A stretch of 44,809 bases of DNA. Source: a virus (Duplodnaviria > Heunggongvirae > Uroviricota > Caudoviricetes). The notes beneath the pieces were generated by a model that was given only the letters and a program-made list of their open reading frames with translations, made no database searches and was not told where the DNA came from. This document shows, one piece after another, positions 26,616 to 37,156 of this stretch. Position numbers and translations under genes: made by a program. Within the stretch, counting starts at the first letter, position 1. Every line of letters begins with the position of its first letter. The stretch covers positions 1 through 44,809 of IMG/VR virus record IMGVR_UViG_3300042868_008486; one strand, written 5' to 3'.

Positions 26616-27494
26616 GAAATGGACCTTAATTTTAAGTTCTGACGAACCTTTAATGACTCTATGATAAACACCTTCAGGGATTACAATTTGTGTCCCTGGT
26701 GTTAATCTTTTTGGTAGTTCATTATCAAATTGAATCTCCCATCCATCACCTTCGATAACTTCAACCAATCTATCTTCACGGTCACGATGCCATTTCAATT
26801 CCTCATCATCAACATTCTCAGAAAAAACTCTAACTCTAACACTTTCATTTATTTCTTCATCATATGGTAATTCGTCATCAGATTTATCCGTGTCCAATTC
26901 TTCAACATCCATATGTAATGAATACCCTTCAAATTCATCAGATTTTTTGACCATACGAGTTAATACAATATTAAGTGTTTTCTCACCGGCTTTTATAAGT
27001 GAATCGTTATTTGGTTCATTTGTGTTTAATCTAACAATGACCCTAATAGACATACGATTATAAGGTATCCAATTAGTATTTTCAGGAGCAACGTATTCTA
27101 CTTCAAAATAGTTATCATCAGAATCAAAACTTGACAAACTTTTTTCTAATTCAGTTCTAAACTCTTCCGATAATGAAACTAACGAATCAAATCTTTCAGG
27201 AACATCTGTATTATAATAAATTCGGTAATTAATTGAATTAACGAGTCTACTTATTCGAGCTAATTCACGAATTTTAGAATTAAATGCCTCTTGATTATTT
27301 TCATCTTCCCAAAAACTATCATCAGAATTTATATAGATATCAAATTTTGGTTTTTGATTATATATGTCATATAATTCTTGAACTAACTCAACACTTGGTA
27401 AGTCATTAATCTCAACACCTAATTCTTTACTTGTTAATCTAATTGCGTGTTTGATATATTTTTCAAATATATTTTTAACTTGTTCTTTTGTCAT
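26607..27494 (-). CDS. protein with C-terminal cupin domain
   Basis: WHRDREDR...IPEGVYHRVIKG. Confidence 0.65.
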   Translation of the reverse strand: MTKEQVKNIFEKYIKHAIRLTSKELGVEINDLPSVELVQELYDIYNQKPKFDIYINSDDSFWEDENNQEAFNSKIRELARISRLVNSINYRIYYNTDVPERFDSLVSLSEEFRTELEKSLSSFDSDDNYFEVEYVAPENTNWIPYNRMSIRVIVRLNTNEPNNDSLIKAGEKTLNIVLTRMVKKSDEFEGYSLHMDVEELDTDKSDDELPYDEEINESVRVRVFSENVDDEELKWHRDREDRLVEVIEGDGWEIQFDNELPKRLTPGTQIVIPEGVYHRVIKGSSELKIKVHFLD

Positions 27495-27495
27495 A

Positions 27496-28887
27496 TTACC
27501 AATTTCTTGAAGATTTTAATCCTAATTTTTTTGCGTATCTACCGACATTACAACTCCAATATCCTGCGGTTGTTCTATCTTTCTTTTGGTCACATTTATG
27601 TCTTGCTCTAAATGATTTTGCTGCCCCCTTGTTATTATTTTTAACTCTTAAATTGGGGTCACCAAAAGTGACTTTCTTAACAGTTCCTTTACCTGTCTTA
27701 ACATATACCGCAAATTTCTTTGGTCCGCCTGGTGTTCTAAAAGGACTACCTAATTTCACATTCTTACCTCGGTGTAATGCCTCATTAATTGAATCTTCCA
27801 ATTCATCGTGTTTAAATACTTTTGAATCTAAATCTCTATTTTCAATCGGAGCATATTCGAATGTGAAAGTGTCTCGACCAAATGGGTCACGGTCATCAAT
27901 ATCAATTCTTTCTAAATCTTTTTTGAAAAAGTAAGGTTTATTTTTATTAATAAAAACAAAATAATCAAAATCTAAATCTAAAAATCTTTTGAAGTGTGGA
28001 ACACCGGTAACTCTAAAATGTCGAATAAAAGTTTTAAATAGAATATTGTATATATTACCCATTAAGAATAATTTAGTAATACCATCAAATGTTATACTAA
28101 AATACCTCATTGACCCCATCTTTTTGATAAGTTTAATCCTATGGTCCTCACTTAAATTTAACCCCTCACGGATTTCTCTTTCATCTTCATTTTCTTCCTC
28201 ATACATTGGTGCGTCCAAGTAAACTTCTTCACCACCTTCAAGGATTACTTTTTTACCTAAATCAGATTCTACTAACCAAGTATCTTCTTCATTAAGACGT
28301 ATTAAGTTTTTATTATATAATGACCTAACTTCATTAACTAAGTTGAAGAACCCCTCAGAATAAATTCTAAACACATTCTCACTCAACGAAATCTCATTAT
28401 CAATATGATATTTTAAAATCTCAGATACGTTAACTTTACCTTCTAATTTCATAGTTTTTTTACCCCATTTTTTACCTTTACCTTTAGTTCCACAAGCCGA
28501 TGGTGTTGGTCTACACGCCGGATATTTTGACCTATCCTCACCCTCACTTCTTCCACAGGACTTACAAGTTTTTTTACCATTGGAATCTGTACGACAAGTA
28601 TTACAGTCAACCCAACCTTGAGATTTACCTTTACCACCTTGTCTTGAAAACCATCCGTGTAACCCTGACTTCTTTTCTTTGCTATAATCAGTTTTTTTGG
28701 CTTCGTCAATTGGTTCAACTTCTTCTTTCCAAATTTTACCTTGTCGACATTTAACTACCGCACCTGACGCATACGCAGAAGGCCAAGTGTCGTATTTTTG
28801 TTTAGCTAGTCTAACACATCTATCCGCCTTCTTCTTCTTATTTTTAGATTCATTAAGGACTTCATATATTAATTCATCAATATTCAT
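27496..28887 (-). CDS. multi-module phage protein with Cys-rich basic modules
   Basis: WPSAYASGAVVKC, CGR..YPACRP, KKVTFGDP..FRARHKC..YWSC. Confidence 0.7.
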   Translation of the reverse strand: MNIDELIYEVLNESKNKKKKADRCVRLAKQKYDTWPSAYASGAVVKCRQGKIWKEEVEPIDEAKKTDYSKEKKSGLHGWFSRQGGKGKSQGWVDCNTCRTDSNGKKTCKSCGRSEGEDRSKYPACRPTPSACGTKGKGKKWGKKTMKLEGKVNVSEILKYHIDNEISLSENVFRIYSEGFFNLVNEVRSLYNKNLIRLNEEDTWLVESDLGKKVILEGGEEVYLDAPMYEEENEDEREIREGLNLSEDHRIKLIKKMGSMRYFSITFDGITKLFLMGNIYNILFKTFIRHFRVTGVPHFKRFLDLDFDYFVFINKNKPYFFKKDLERIDIDDRDPFGRDTFTFEYAPIENRDLDSKVFKHDELEDSINEALHRGKNVKLGSPFRTPGGPKKFAVYVKTGKGTVKKVTFGDPNLRVKNNNKGAAKSFRARHKCDQKKDRTTAGYWSCNVGRYAKKLGLKSSRNW

Positions 28888-28928
28888 TGGTCGTTGTTTT
28901 ATTAAATAAATATCCCTATCTTTGGGTT

Positions 28929-29333
28929 ATGAATAATAAATATCTATATATCCTAAGAGGTTTACCGGGTGCTGGTAAAAGTACATTAGCAAGAACTATC
29001 GGAGCCGTTTATTTTGAAGCTGATATGTTTTTTTTGGAAGGTAAAGAATATAAATTTAACCCAACCAAATTAAAGGACGCTCACGCTTGGTGTCAAAACC
29101 AAGTTAGAACATCTATGAAGAATTCTGATTCAAAGTTGGGGGATAGTAAAATTGCCGTCGCAAATACTTTCACTCAAGAATGGGAAATGCAACCATATAT
29201 TGATATGGCTAAAGAATTTGGGTTTACCGTATTTACGTTGGTGGTTGAGAATCGTCACGGTGGAACAAATGTTCACAACGTTCCCGAAGAAGTAATTGAT
29301 AAAATGAAAGAAAGATTTGAAATTAAATTATGA
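28929..29333 (+). CDS. P-loop kinase (AAA_33 / polynucleotide-kinase-like)
   Basis: RGLPGAGKST, EAD, AHAWCQ, NTF, NVHNVP. Confidence 0.85.
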   Translation: MNNKYLYILRGLPGAGKSTLARTIGAVYFEADMFFLEGKEYKFNPTKLKDAHAWCQNQVRTSMKNSDSKLGDSKIAVANTFTQEWEMQPYIDMAKEFGFTVFTLVVENRHGGTNVHNVPEEVIDKMKERFEIKL

Positions 29334-29560
29334 AACTAATTAATATATTTTTTAAAACTGCCCAAATATATATTGCACTTAAAATATGTTCGGCATTGTA
29401 CTTGGTTCATTACTTACCTAAACAACATTCAATAGACAATGTAATATGGTGGGTTTCTGTATTAATACTTGATATGTGGTTAAATTTAGTCGTATTCAGT
29501 AGTGATACTGTTAATATCACTATTAAAGAGCCTGAGAAGACTGAGGACGAAAAAGAATAA
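29330..29560 (+). CDS. small membrane protein
   Basis: Two hydrophobic segments. Confidence 0.55.
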   Translation: MKLINIFFKTAQIYIALKICSALYLVHYLPKQHSIDNVIWWVSVLILDMWLNLVVFSSDTVNITIKEPEKTEDEKE

Positions 29561-29782
29561 TTATTTAGAACGACTTCGTAATAAGAAATATAATCCAAAG
29601 AATAATCCCGAAATGGAATATAAAACGAGATTTGCTTTCATTAAACTTCCTGTTAGTGTAATAAGATAATATTGAACCACGTCGAACCCGAAAGGATTGA
29701 AAAACATCGCTAACACAAGACATTTTACTGCCATATTTCCCATAAAGATTTTCTTCCACGTCTTGATTTGTCCCTTCATCAT
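29561..29782 (-). CDS. small membrane protein
   Basis: Hydrophobic; FFNPFGFD. Confidence 0.6.
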   Translation of the reverse strand: MMKGQIKTWKKIFMGNMAVKCLVLAMFFNPFGFDVVQYYLITLTGSLMKANLVLYSISGLFFGLYFLLRSRSK

Positions 29783-29879
29783 CCATATATTTTAATTTAA
29801 GATTTATGCGTATATCAGCATTTTCTTGGATAAATATAAATACGTTAATATTTATAAAAGAATACTAAAAAATTCTAAT

Positions 29880-30407
29880 ATGAAAAGATTTATTATAGAC
29901 GAAAACAAACTTCGAAACACGATACGTAAAAAAATCCTTGAGCAATCATCAATGGAGGATAAAGAGCAAGAACAAAAACCAAGATGTTTGACCAATAATA
30001 TTGTCCGATTGGAGGATATCGTTGGTAGAGCTGACGAGTTAGACAATTATACACCAGGTATAACTAAAAGATTATCGGGAGTAAACTCAATGGTTGATAC
30101 TTTAGGTATCCTAAATAACATTAGATTATTTAAAGATGTTAATGATGGTGGTGCTCACTTATCGTATGAAATGATGAACAATTTAAATAAATTTCGTAAT
30201 AAAAACTATTACGATGAAACAACAGGAAATTGTCATAAAGCGATGGATAAAGTGATTGAGTTATATAAAGAACACGAACACGGAACCGAACTAGTTAAAG
30301 ATATTGAACGAGTATTGAATCTTCAATCTAAAGAAGATGAATTTACACCTTCTTCAAGAAGTAAAGAATACTTAAAACAATGTTTAAACCTGATTAAAGG
30401 TAAATAA
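29880..30407 (+). CDS. hypothetical protein
   Basis: Starts MKRFIIDENKLR after TATTTAT motif. Confidence 0.7.
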   Translation: MKRFIIDENKLRNTIRKKILEQSSMEDKEQEQKPRCLTNNIVRLEDIVGRADELDNYTPGITKRLSGVNSMVDTLGILNNIRLFKDVNDGGAHLSYEMMNNLNKFRNKNYYDETTGNCHKAMDKVIELYKEHEHGTELVKDIERVLNLQSKEDEFTPSSRSKEYLKQCLNLIKGK

Positions 30408-30508
30408 AGAAATCCGATTAGGACCGTTACCGTTATGGTAACACTTAAAGGGGAAGGTTCGCTACCATTCCCCTTTTTTAATGCCCGATATTTATCAATA
30501 AAAACATT

Positions 30509-30787
30509 ATGAAAAAAATTAAATGGTTCTTCACCGAATTTATGAATATGTATTCGGGGAAAAAGTCTTATTTCTCGAAAAAGAGAATTGAGTCAGGAAT
30601 TGCGTTTGTTATCGCACAATGGGGGATGATATTCTTCTTATTAGAAAAACATTCAACATTAAGTATGGGTGAATTTGTTTTATGGGCAACAGTTGAATTT
30701 GCAGTGGCAGGTTGGATGGTTAATAAAATCCAAAAAGAAAAATCGACAAATTCGGAAAATACGGATGAAACTGAAAACCCTCAATAA
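30509..30787 (+). CDS. two-TM membrane protein (holin-like, unproven)
   Basis: SKKR followed by two TM helices and charged tail. Confidence 0.55.
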   Translation: MKKIKWFFTEFMNMYSGKKSYFSKKRIESGIAFVIAQWGMIFFLLEKHSTLSMGEFVLWATVEFAVAGWMVNKIQKEKSTNSENTDETENPQ

Positions 30788-30798
30788 AGAGGGTTTTT

Positions 30799-31323
30799 TT
30801 ATTGTAAGAATGATAGGACTTTTTCCTTGATTCCGGATTGTTTAATACCTTCCTTCATTTTCTTAGTATGAACAAAGTTAGGTAACGCACTTAAATCTAA
30901 ATCATCAATAACAACCCAATGAGTTACTTCAGGGTGGTTATTTAACCAATTGGTAATCTCAGTTACTCTGTTACTTTCTAAGTCACTCAATGTCTTTAAA
31001 ACAACATTTGGTGTAAAATCAATTGGTGATTTACTCACACCATATACTTTGAACATATCTTGTAATTGTTCCAAAGTACAATGTAGTTTCCAATCAGATG
31101 ATACAACAATCTCAGCGTCTGTTAATTCCAACACCTCATTCAATACTTTAACCGCTTTTGCGTTGAAGTTATCCATCTTGATATGTGCGGGAATTTGGGG
31201 GTCATTAACATACCCTTCACTTTCAGGGTTCGCCAATTTCCATTTTTTAATCTTTTTAATGCGTCCACCCCACTCGGTTGATAAACACATTACACCATCG
31301 TTATCTAAAAATATTACTTTCAT
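30799..31323 (-). CDS. HAD phosphatase, Swiss-army-knife RNA-repair type
   Basis: FLDNDGV, IVVSSDW, WVVIDD. Confidence 0.8.
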   Translation of the reverse strand: MKVIFLDNDGVMCLSTEWGGRIKKIKKWKLANPESEGYVNDPQIPAHIKMDNFNAKAVKVLNEVLELTDAEIVVSSDWKLHCTLEQLQDMFKVYGVSKSPIDFTPNVVLKTLSDLESNRVTEITNWLNNHPEVTHWVVIDDLDLSALPNFVHTKKMKEGIKQSGIKEKVLSFLQ

Positions 31324-31326
31324 AAG

Positions 31327-31812
31327 TTATTTAATTTGGTATGCGAAATAAATTTCTTTTCTCAATTTTATTGCGTCTTCGTAGTTACCGATAACAACAC
31401 CATTTTTAATTGTGAATGCGTGACCTTTAACTATGATGAAAAATGTTCCTTCAGAGTATTTCTTAATGAATGTCCCTACCGTCATTTTTCTTTTAACGAC
31501 CTCACCCTTTACTTTAACATCATAATGTAATCCCCCGTATACACCATAACCAATCGGTTTAATTTTCTTGTAATTACAAGTATAACGTGCTTCGGACAAT
31601 TTGTTAAGTGTTGCGAATGTACCACGAGTTCCTTGTCTTGGTTGTCTACCAAATTTCTCAGTGATAATTTTCCACGCCTTGTCATAAGGAATGTCAAACG
31701 CTGATGCGAATGCTCTTACAACACAATCATTAGTTTCTGATTTAGCGATTTTTGATTCATCATATCCTTTAATCGCTTTAGATGTTATTTCGTATGGGGC
31801 TTTCGTTTTCAT
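31327..31812 (-). CDS. hypothetical protein (NDCVVRA...H, possible Cys-His peptidase fold)
   Basis: 161-aa ORF. Confidence 0.6.
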   Translation of the reverse strand: MKTKAPYEITSKAIKGYDESKIAKSETNDCVVRAFASAFDIPYDKAWKIITEKFGRQPRQGTRGTFATLNKLSEARYTCNYKKIKPIGYGVYGGLHYDVKVKGEVVKRKMTVGTFIKKYSEGTFFIIVKGHAFTIKNGVVIGNYEDAIKLRKEIYFAYQIK

Positions 31813-31880
31813 ATATCAAAGATACAAAAATTCCCCAAAGTGCAATAACCTTGGGGATAATTTTTTTTGAAAACTATTGA

Positions 31881-32084
31881 CTATTCGGAATCTTTTTCTT
31901 TCAGTTTCTTTTCTACCTCAACAATTTGGGCAAACCCACTAAATGCGAACATACTTGAACAAGCCCAAGCAACCATTTCCCAGGTTGAGTTACGAGAAAG
32001 AGTCGCACAATATAACGATGTAAAACCACCAAGTAATAATGAATATTTATTAACCACCCGCATTATCTTTTCAAACTTTTCCAT
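31881..32084 (-). CDS. small membrane protein
   Basis: Two hydrophobic segments. Confidence 0.55.
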   Translation of the reverse strand: MEKFEKIMRVVNKYSLLLGGFTSLYCATLSRNSTWEMVAWACSSMFAFSGFAQIVEVEKKLKEKDSE

Positions 32085-32173
32085 ATCTAAATCTTTTTAA
32101 CAAACATAAACTAAATTATTGATTATTTCAAAACAGATAACTAATTATTTGAAAAAAGTTTTATCTTTGTGAT

Positions 32174-32341
32174 ATGGCAAAAAAAGTAATAGAGACTGAA
32201 CATAAGAAATGGGAGAGGGTATATGAGTTTGATGACTATACCACAATTTGGCGATATGATAGCAAAAGGAGTTTAATTAATCCGGTTGAGGTTGAAATAA
32301 AATATAAGTCAGAAAGGAAAAAGTCGATTAAATCTGATTAA
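32174..32341 (+). CDS. small hypothetical protein (55 aa, MAKKVIETEHK)
   Basis: Read manually; ATG 4 nt after TATCTTTG. Confidence 0.55.
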   Translation: MAKKVIETEHKKWERVYEFDDYTTIWRYDSKRSLINPVEVEIKYKSERKKSIKSD

Positions 32342-33024
32342 CAATCTTTTGGATTGTCTTTGGTGGCATATTTAACCCCCATAATAGTACCGACGATACT
32401 AAATGCGTTTGTTAATAGAATTCCGAACATATTACTCCAAGCCGGACCGATTGTATTAACTTCCTTATTCATAATAATTGAGAAGATATACATCCCCGTA
32501 GTCACGATTGCTATGAATGCGATAACACCTAACGCAACTTTAACGATATTACCCATCAATTCGGTTTGGGTTTTTTTCTGTAATAAATCTAAGTCAGTTA
32601 ATGCGTTAGTCTTTGCGTGTTCAGCATCTTCTCTCGCCAACTCAGTTCGTTTCATTTCATCCTGAAGTTCGTTTTGAATTCTTTCATTCTCTTCTTTCCA
32701 GGTAAGAAGTTCATTATTTTGACATTCAATTTGTTTTTTGGAATTCTCAACGTTATCTAACGTAATTTGTAACTCGTCTAATATTCGAACATTTTCGGTA
32801 TTTAACGATTCTAATTCCTTATTCTTATTTTGAATTTGTTTAGTTATATCTAAACGTTTTTTTCGTGATTCTTTGTCTTTTTCAGTGCAAGTTTTAATAT
32901 ATTGTGAGAAGTCAGAATCCTCTTCAGCGTCAATTAATTTCAATAAGTTACCCTCAAGACCAATATTCTTGGTCTTGTAAAGGTCAATTAATTGTTTTTT
33001 TGTATTTGCACTAAACTTAATCAT
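32338..33024 (-). CDS. coiled-coil membrane protein in two-component operon
   Basis: Heptad-rich middle, two C-terminal TM helices. Confidence 0.7.
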   Translation of the reverse strand: MIKFSANTKKQLIDLYKTKNIGLEGNLLKLIDAEEDSDFSQYIKTCTEKDKESRKKRLDITKQIQNKNKELESLNTENVRILDELQITLDNVENSKKQIECQNNELLTWKEENERIQNELQDEMKRTELAREDAEHAKTNALTDLDLLQKKTQTELMGNIVKVALGVIAFIAIVTTGMYIFSIIMNKEVNTIGPAWSNMFGILLTNAFSIVGTIMGVKYATKDNPKDC

Positions 33025-33458
33025 TTATACACTTTGAACTCAGCGGTTCTATTTTTGAAATTAGGGTAATCTTCTCTGAACTCTTCTAATCTTGGTTCAA
33101 TCTCATCTGATTTGACCAACCAAAATTGTGCTCCGGCTTGTAACGCTTTTGCTTGTTCTGATGGTTCATTTGATGATGAAATAATTCCGATAACTACGTG
33201 GTTACCATATTCAAAATTAATCTTTCTCACTAACTCAATTCCGTCAAATGATGAACCAATTATATTTAAATCAACAAATACACATTCAGGTTTTTCTGAG
33301 TTATTTCCTGAATCAAACCATTGTTTAAACATTCTTGCCGCCTCATCTGAGCTATTAACAGATTTTAGTGATAAACTGATATCTAATAACGAACAAGCGT
33401 CTTCAAATACTAAGTGGAATAAATCCTCGTCATCGACTAATAATATAGATTCTATCAT
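33021..33458 (-). CDS. single-domain response regulator (receiver)
   Basis: ILLVDDE, FVDLN, DGIEL, ISSS, GA.FWLVK. Confidence 0.88.
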   Translation of the reverse strand: MIESILLVDDEDLFHLVFEDACSLLDISLSLKSVNSSDEAARMFKQWFDSGNNSEKPECVFVDLNIIGSSFDGIELVRKINFEYGNHVVIGIISSSNEPSEQAKALQAGAQFWLVKSDEIEPRLEEFREDYPNFKNRTAEFKVYK

Positions 33459-33508
33459 TTTTTAAATTTTATAACAATAAATACTTTACTTTTAAAAGTA
33501 ATTTGGAT

Positions 33509-35647
33509 TCACCTCAATTTTATTTTCATTTTTGTACCTGTTTCATTTTTTTCACAAGTAATGGTAAAACCGTGTTCGTGTAAAATTGCGATACAAATAT
33601 TCAACCCCAAACCTGTTCCTGATTCTTTTTGACCTTCTTTTCTATGATATGGTTGTGATAGGTATTCGAATTCTGATTGAGTCATACCACGACCATTGTC
33701 CTGTAATGCTAAGTGGTTTTCGTCTTCCATATAGACCGCAACCACCTTATTATCCGAATCGTTATATTTTAAACCATTACGAATTAAATTATCAATTGCC
33801 GTACAAAATAGAGGTTCATTAACATCCAATGTTGGTAACCAATCAATTGCAACTTGACTTGAATATGCGGTGGATGTTAAGTATGAGTTTAAGATGTCTC
33901 TTAGATTTAAATTTTCTTTTGTTAATACAACATCTTGTTTAACTAAATTTGTAAATTCATAAACTCCCTTATAAACTTTCTGTGTATGTTTTAAACCTTC
34001 CTTCAACATTTTAAGTGGGGCTTCCAATTTTAATGTTTCAATATCTTCAGGTTTTAATCTTCGTTCTAACGAACTAATTCCTCTTGGGATGTATGTGTTT
34101 ATCCCTGAGTGCATATCGTGTCTTAGAATCTTCGCAGCGTGTTCTAAATATGTGTTTTTCTTTTCTATCTCTCTCTTTTGTTCATAAGAAGTTGTAATGT
34201 CTGTTGAAATTTTCATAACACGATAAACCTTACCATCAACACTAAGAATTGGGTTGTAAGTTGCTTGTAAATAAACTAAAGAACCATCTTTTTTAATTCT
34301 AATAATTTCACCTGAAAATGATAAACCATCTTTTAATTTTTCCCAAAAAATACGATACTCGTCACTTTTTGAATATTCTTCATCCACAAAAATTCTATGA
34401 TGATTTCCAATTACTTCAGCATTAGATGAATATCCCATAGTTTCTAAGAACAAATTATTGGCAAAAACGATATTACCTTCTAAATCAAATTCAATAACCG
34501 CATTAGATTTATTAATAGCATTCATTCTATTATGAATTTCTACTTCCTTTTTTTTAAGTTCAGTAACGTCTTGTCTAATTGACGTATAACCTTTTACTTT
34601 ACCGCTATCACTATCAAAATCGGCTTTAATATAGGTGTCAACCCAATATAATTCACCTTCTTTATTTTTATTGATAACTAAGTCATTCCAAATCCCACCT
34701 TTTTTAACGGTCTTATACATATTAGCCCAAAATTTCTTATCGTGAATTCCCGAATTAACAATATTATGGTCTTTACCTAAACACTCATCAAGACTCCAAC
34801 CTGAAACATCTTCAAATTTTTTATTAACGTAAACAATTTTACCTCTTTTATCTGTTTTACTGACCAAGACTGATGAGTCCACAAAATGTTCAAACTCACC
34901 TAATTCATTTTTAAGTTCATTACCTTCTTGAACTGAATAAGCAAATGAAAATAATGACGATAACATTTCGGCAAAATTTACTTCCACTTTATGCCATTCC
35001 CTAACCGTATAACTTTCAATACATATTACACCAATTACTTCACCTTTATAAACGATTGGAACGTCAAGCATTGCTCTAACACCTAATGGGTCTGAATAAG
35101 TTTCTTTAAAACATTGTGTTGATGGATGTAAATTAACATCATTTGCAATTATAATCGGATTTGTTTTAAGTCCATTGAAGTATGGTTTATAATCTTTTTC
35201 AAAAATCTCAATCCCGTTAACCCATTCACCTGTTTTTTTCTCATATAATTGTTCACACACAATACTTGTTTTTTTCTGGTTATATAACCAAATTGAACAT
35301 CTATCGGCACATACGCTATTTGTAACTTCTTTAGTTAATAATTTAGCACCTTCATTAACATTTCCCTCATAAAATAAATGATTGTGTGTTTGTGATATTA
35401 AAGTTTCATTTAAATTTCTTGCGTAATAATTCAATTTAATTGATTCTTTATTTTTTTTCACATAATCATAAATTATTTTGAAAAATAGGGGGATAAATAA
35501 AACAAAACAGATAAATTCAACCCACATTACTGAATTACATAGGGGTAGAATATTAAACACCACTAAAAGTTTTATTATCAAAAACATTGTCATCACAACG
35601 ACTGAGGTATAAAAAGAATATCGTGTGTTTTTTTCTAGTGATATCAT
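33509..35647 (-). CDS. sensor histidine kinase (TM-GAF-PAS-PAS-kinase)
   Basis: GAF (AMLDVPI..GVICIE), two PAS/PAC, H-box RHDM, N-box NLIRNGLKY, DNGRG, GTGLGL. Confidence 0.92.
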   Translation of the reverse strand: MISLEKNTRYSFYTSVVVMTMFLIIKLLVVFNILPLCNSVMWVEFICFVLFIPLFFKIIYDYVKKNKESIKLNYYARNLNETLISQTHNHLFYEGNVNEGAKLLTKEVTNSVCADRCSIWLYNQKKTSIVCEQLYEKKTGEWVNGIEIFEKDYKPYFNGLKTNPIIIANDVNLHPSTQCFKETYSDPLGVRAMLDVPIVYKGEVIGVICIESYTVREWHKVEVNFAEMLSSLFSFAYSVQEGNELKNELGEFEHFVDSSVLVSKTDKRGKIVYVNKKFEDVSGWSLDECLGKDHNIVNSGIHDKKFWANMYKTVKKGGIWNDLVINKNKEGELYWVDTYIKADFDSDSGKVKGYTSIRQDVTELKKKEVEIHNRMNAINKSNAVIEFDLEGNIVFANNLFLETMGYSSNAEVIGNHHRIFVDEEYSKSDEYRIFWEKLKDGLSFSGEIIRIKKDGSLVYLQATYNPILSVDGKVYRVMKISTDITTSYEQKREIEKKNTYLEHAAKILRHDMHSGINTYIPRGISSLERRLKPEDIETLKLEAPLKMLKEGLKHTQKVYKGVYEFTNLVKQDVVLTKENLNLRDILNSYLTSTAYSSQVAIDWLPTLDVNEPLFCTAIDNLIRNGLKYNDSDNKVVAVYMEDENHLALQDNGRGMTQSEFEYLSQPYHRKEGQKESGTGLGLNICIAILHEHGFTITCEKNETGTKMKIKLR

Positions 35648-35680
35648 AATTAACTATTTACTTTATAAATATCTTAAAAA

Positions 35681-35711
35681 CAAAAAACCCCCAACTTAAA
35701 GAAGGGGGTTA
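35681..35711 (-). terminator. intrinsic terminator
   Basis: AACCCC...GGGGTT hairpin with A tract on plus strand. Confidence 0.65.
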
Positions 35712-35730
35712 ACAAATAAATAAACCTTAA

Positions 35731-36255
35731 TTAATCGACTTTGGTAAACTGAACACTAACGTTTAAGATAACATCATCAGAGACTAAGAGACCTCCTTTA
35801 TCTGTTACCGCATTAAATGATAAACCAAACTCAGAACGTTTAATAGTACCACCTAATTCAAAACCATATTTTGTATTACCGTAGAAATCCACATCATTAC
35901 CATTGTAGTTACCAACTAAAGAAACTTCTTTTTCAACTCCGTGAATATTAATTAATCCTTTAATTTGATACTCATTATCGTTTTTAGTAATCTCAGTTGA
36001 TTTGAACGTCAATTTAGGAAAATTCTCAGCATCAAAGAAGTCGGCAGATTTTAAGTGATTATCACGGTCGGCAATACTTGTTGTGATTGAATCAACATTC
36101 GCATCAAATGAAATTTGTGCATCTGTAAAATCATCTGAATCTGAAATCATTTCAGCTTCAAAATCTGTAAAACGACCTGTAACGGTGGAAATCATTAAAT
36201 GTTTCACTTTAAACTCAATCTCTGAGTGTAATTTATCAATAATAAATTTTGACAT
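35731..36255 (-). CDS. yceI: YceI family polyisoprenoid-binding protein
   Basis: HSEIEFKVKHLMISTVTGRF, RDNHLKSADFFDAENFP. Confidence 0.92.
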   Translation of the reverse strand: MSKFIIDKLHSEIEFKVKHLMISTVTGRFTDFEAEMISDSDDFTDAQISFDANVDSITTSIADRDNHLKSADFFDAENFPKLTFKSTEITKNDNEYQIKGLINIHGVEKEVSLVGNYNGNDVDFYGNTKYGFELGGTIKRSEFGLSFNAVTDKGGLLVSDDVILNVSVQFTKVD

Positions 36256-36326
36256 ACTAAATATTTTTTTTTATGTCTAATTAATAGGGATTAAAAATGT
36301 ATTTATCAATATAAAAATTAAATATT

Positions 36327-37130
36327 ATGATAAAAATTGGTTCGAAAGGTGAGGACGTGAAAAAATTACAAGTAAAATTAGGTTTAACACCTGATGGTAA
36401 CTTTGGTCCCAACACAGAAAAGGCCGTTAAAGAATGGCAAACAAAAAATGGTTTAACACCTGATGGTATTGTTGGGGAAAAATCATTAACCCTATTAGGT
36501 ATTACCTCAGTGGTAACACCAACATCTAATTCGATTGACTTGTCAAAATTAAAAGGACATATTCCTGATTCAGTGTTAGAACAAATACCGGAGGTTCGAC
36601 TAAGGTTCAATTGTAACTCAGTTTTAAGATTATGTCATTTCTTGGCTCAATGTCATCACGAGTCAGGAGGGTTTAAAGCGGTCTCTGAAAATTTAAACTA
36701 TTCATCAAAAGGTCTTAAAAATACATTTGGTAAATATTTTCCAGGTAACTTATCAGAATCTTATGCAAAACAACCTGAAAAAATCGCATCAAGAGTTTAT
36801 AGTAGTAGAATGGGGAATGGTGACGAATCAAGTCAAGAAGGTTGGAAATACCGTGGCCGAGGTTACATCCAATTAACCGGAAAACAAAATTATAGTAAGT
36901 TCACATCATTTATTGGTGAGGATTGTATCGGTAATCCTGATTTGGTTGCTAACAAATATCCGTTGGCATCTGCGGCATTTTTCTTTGATTCTAATAAACT
37001 ATGGTCAATTTGTGATTTAGGTGCAACTGATGATGTTGTTACTAAAGTTACCAAACGTGTTAACGGAGGAACAATTGGATTATCTGACCGTATCAAACAT
37101 TTTAAAGAATACCATTCATTATTAAAATAA
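36327..37130 (+). CDS. endolysin: peptidoglycan-binding domain plus GH19
   Basis: DGNFGPNTEKAVKEWQ; FLAQCHHESG, ENLNYS, YRGRGYIQLTGKQNY, VNGGTIGL. Confidence 0.9.
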   Translation: MIKIGSKGEDVKKLQVKLGLTPDGNFGPNTEKAVKEWQTKNGLTPDGIVGEKSLTLLGITSVVTPTSNSIDLSKLKGHIPDSVLEQIPEVRLRFNCNSVLRLCHFLAQCHHESGGFKAVSENLNYSSKGLKNTFGKYFPGNLSESYAKQPEKIASRVYSSRMGNGDESSQEGWKYRGRGYIQLTGKQNYSKFTSFIGEDCIGNPDLVANKYPLASAAFFFDSNKLWSICDLGATDDVVTKVTKRVNGGTIGLSDRIKHFKEYHSLLK

Positions 37131-37156
37131 ATCAATTAATATTTATGGTAAATTAA

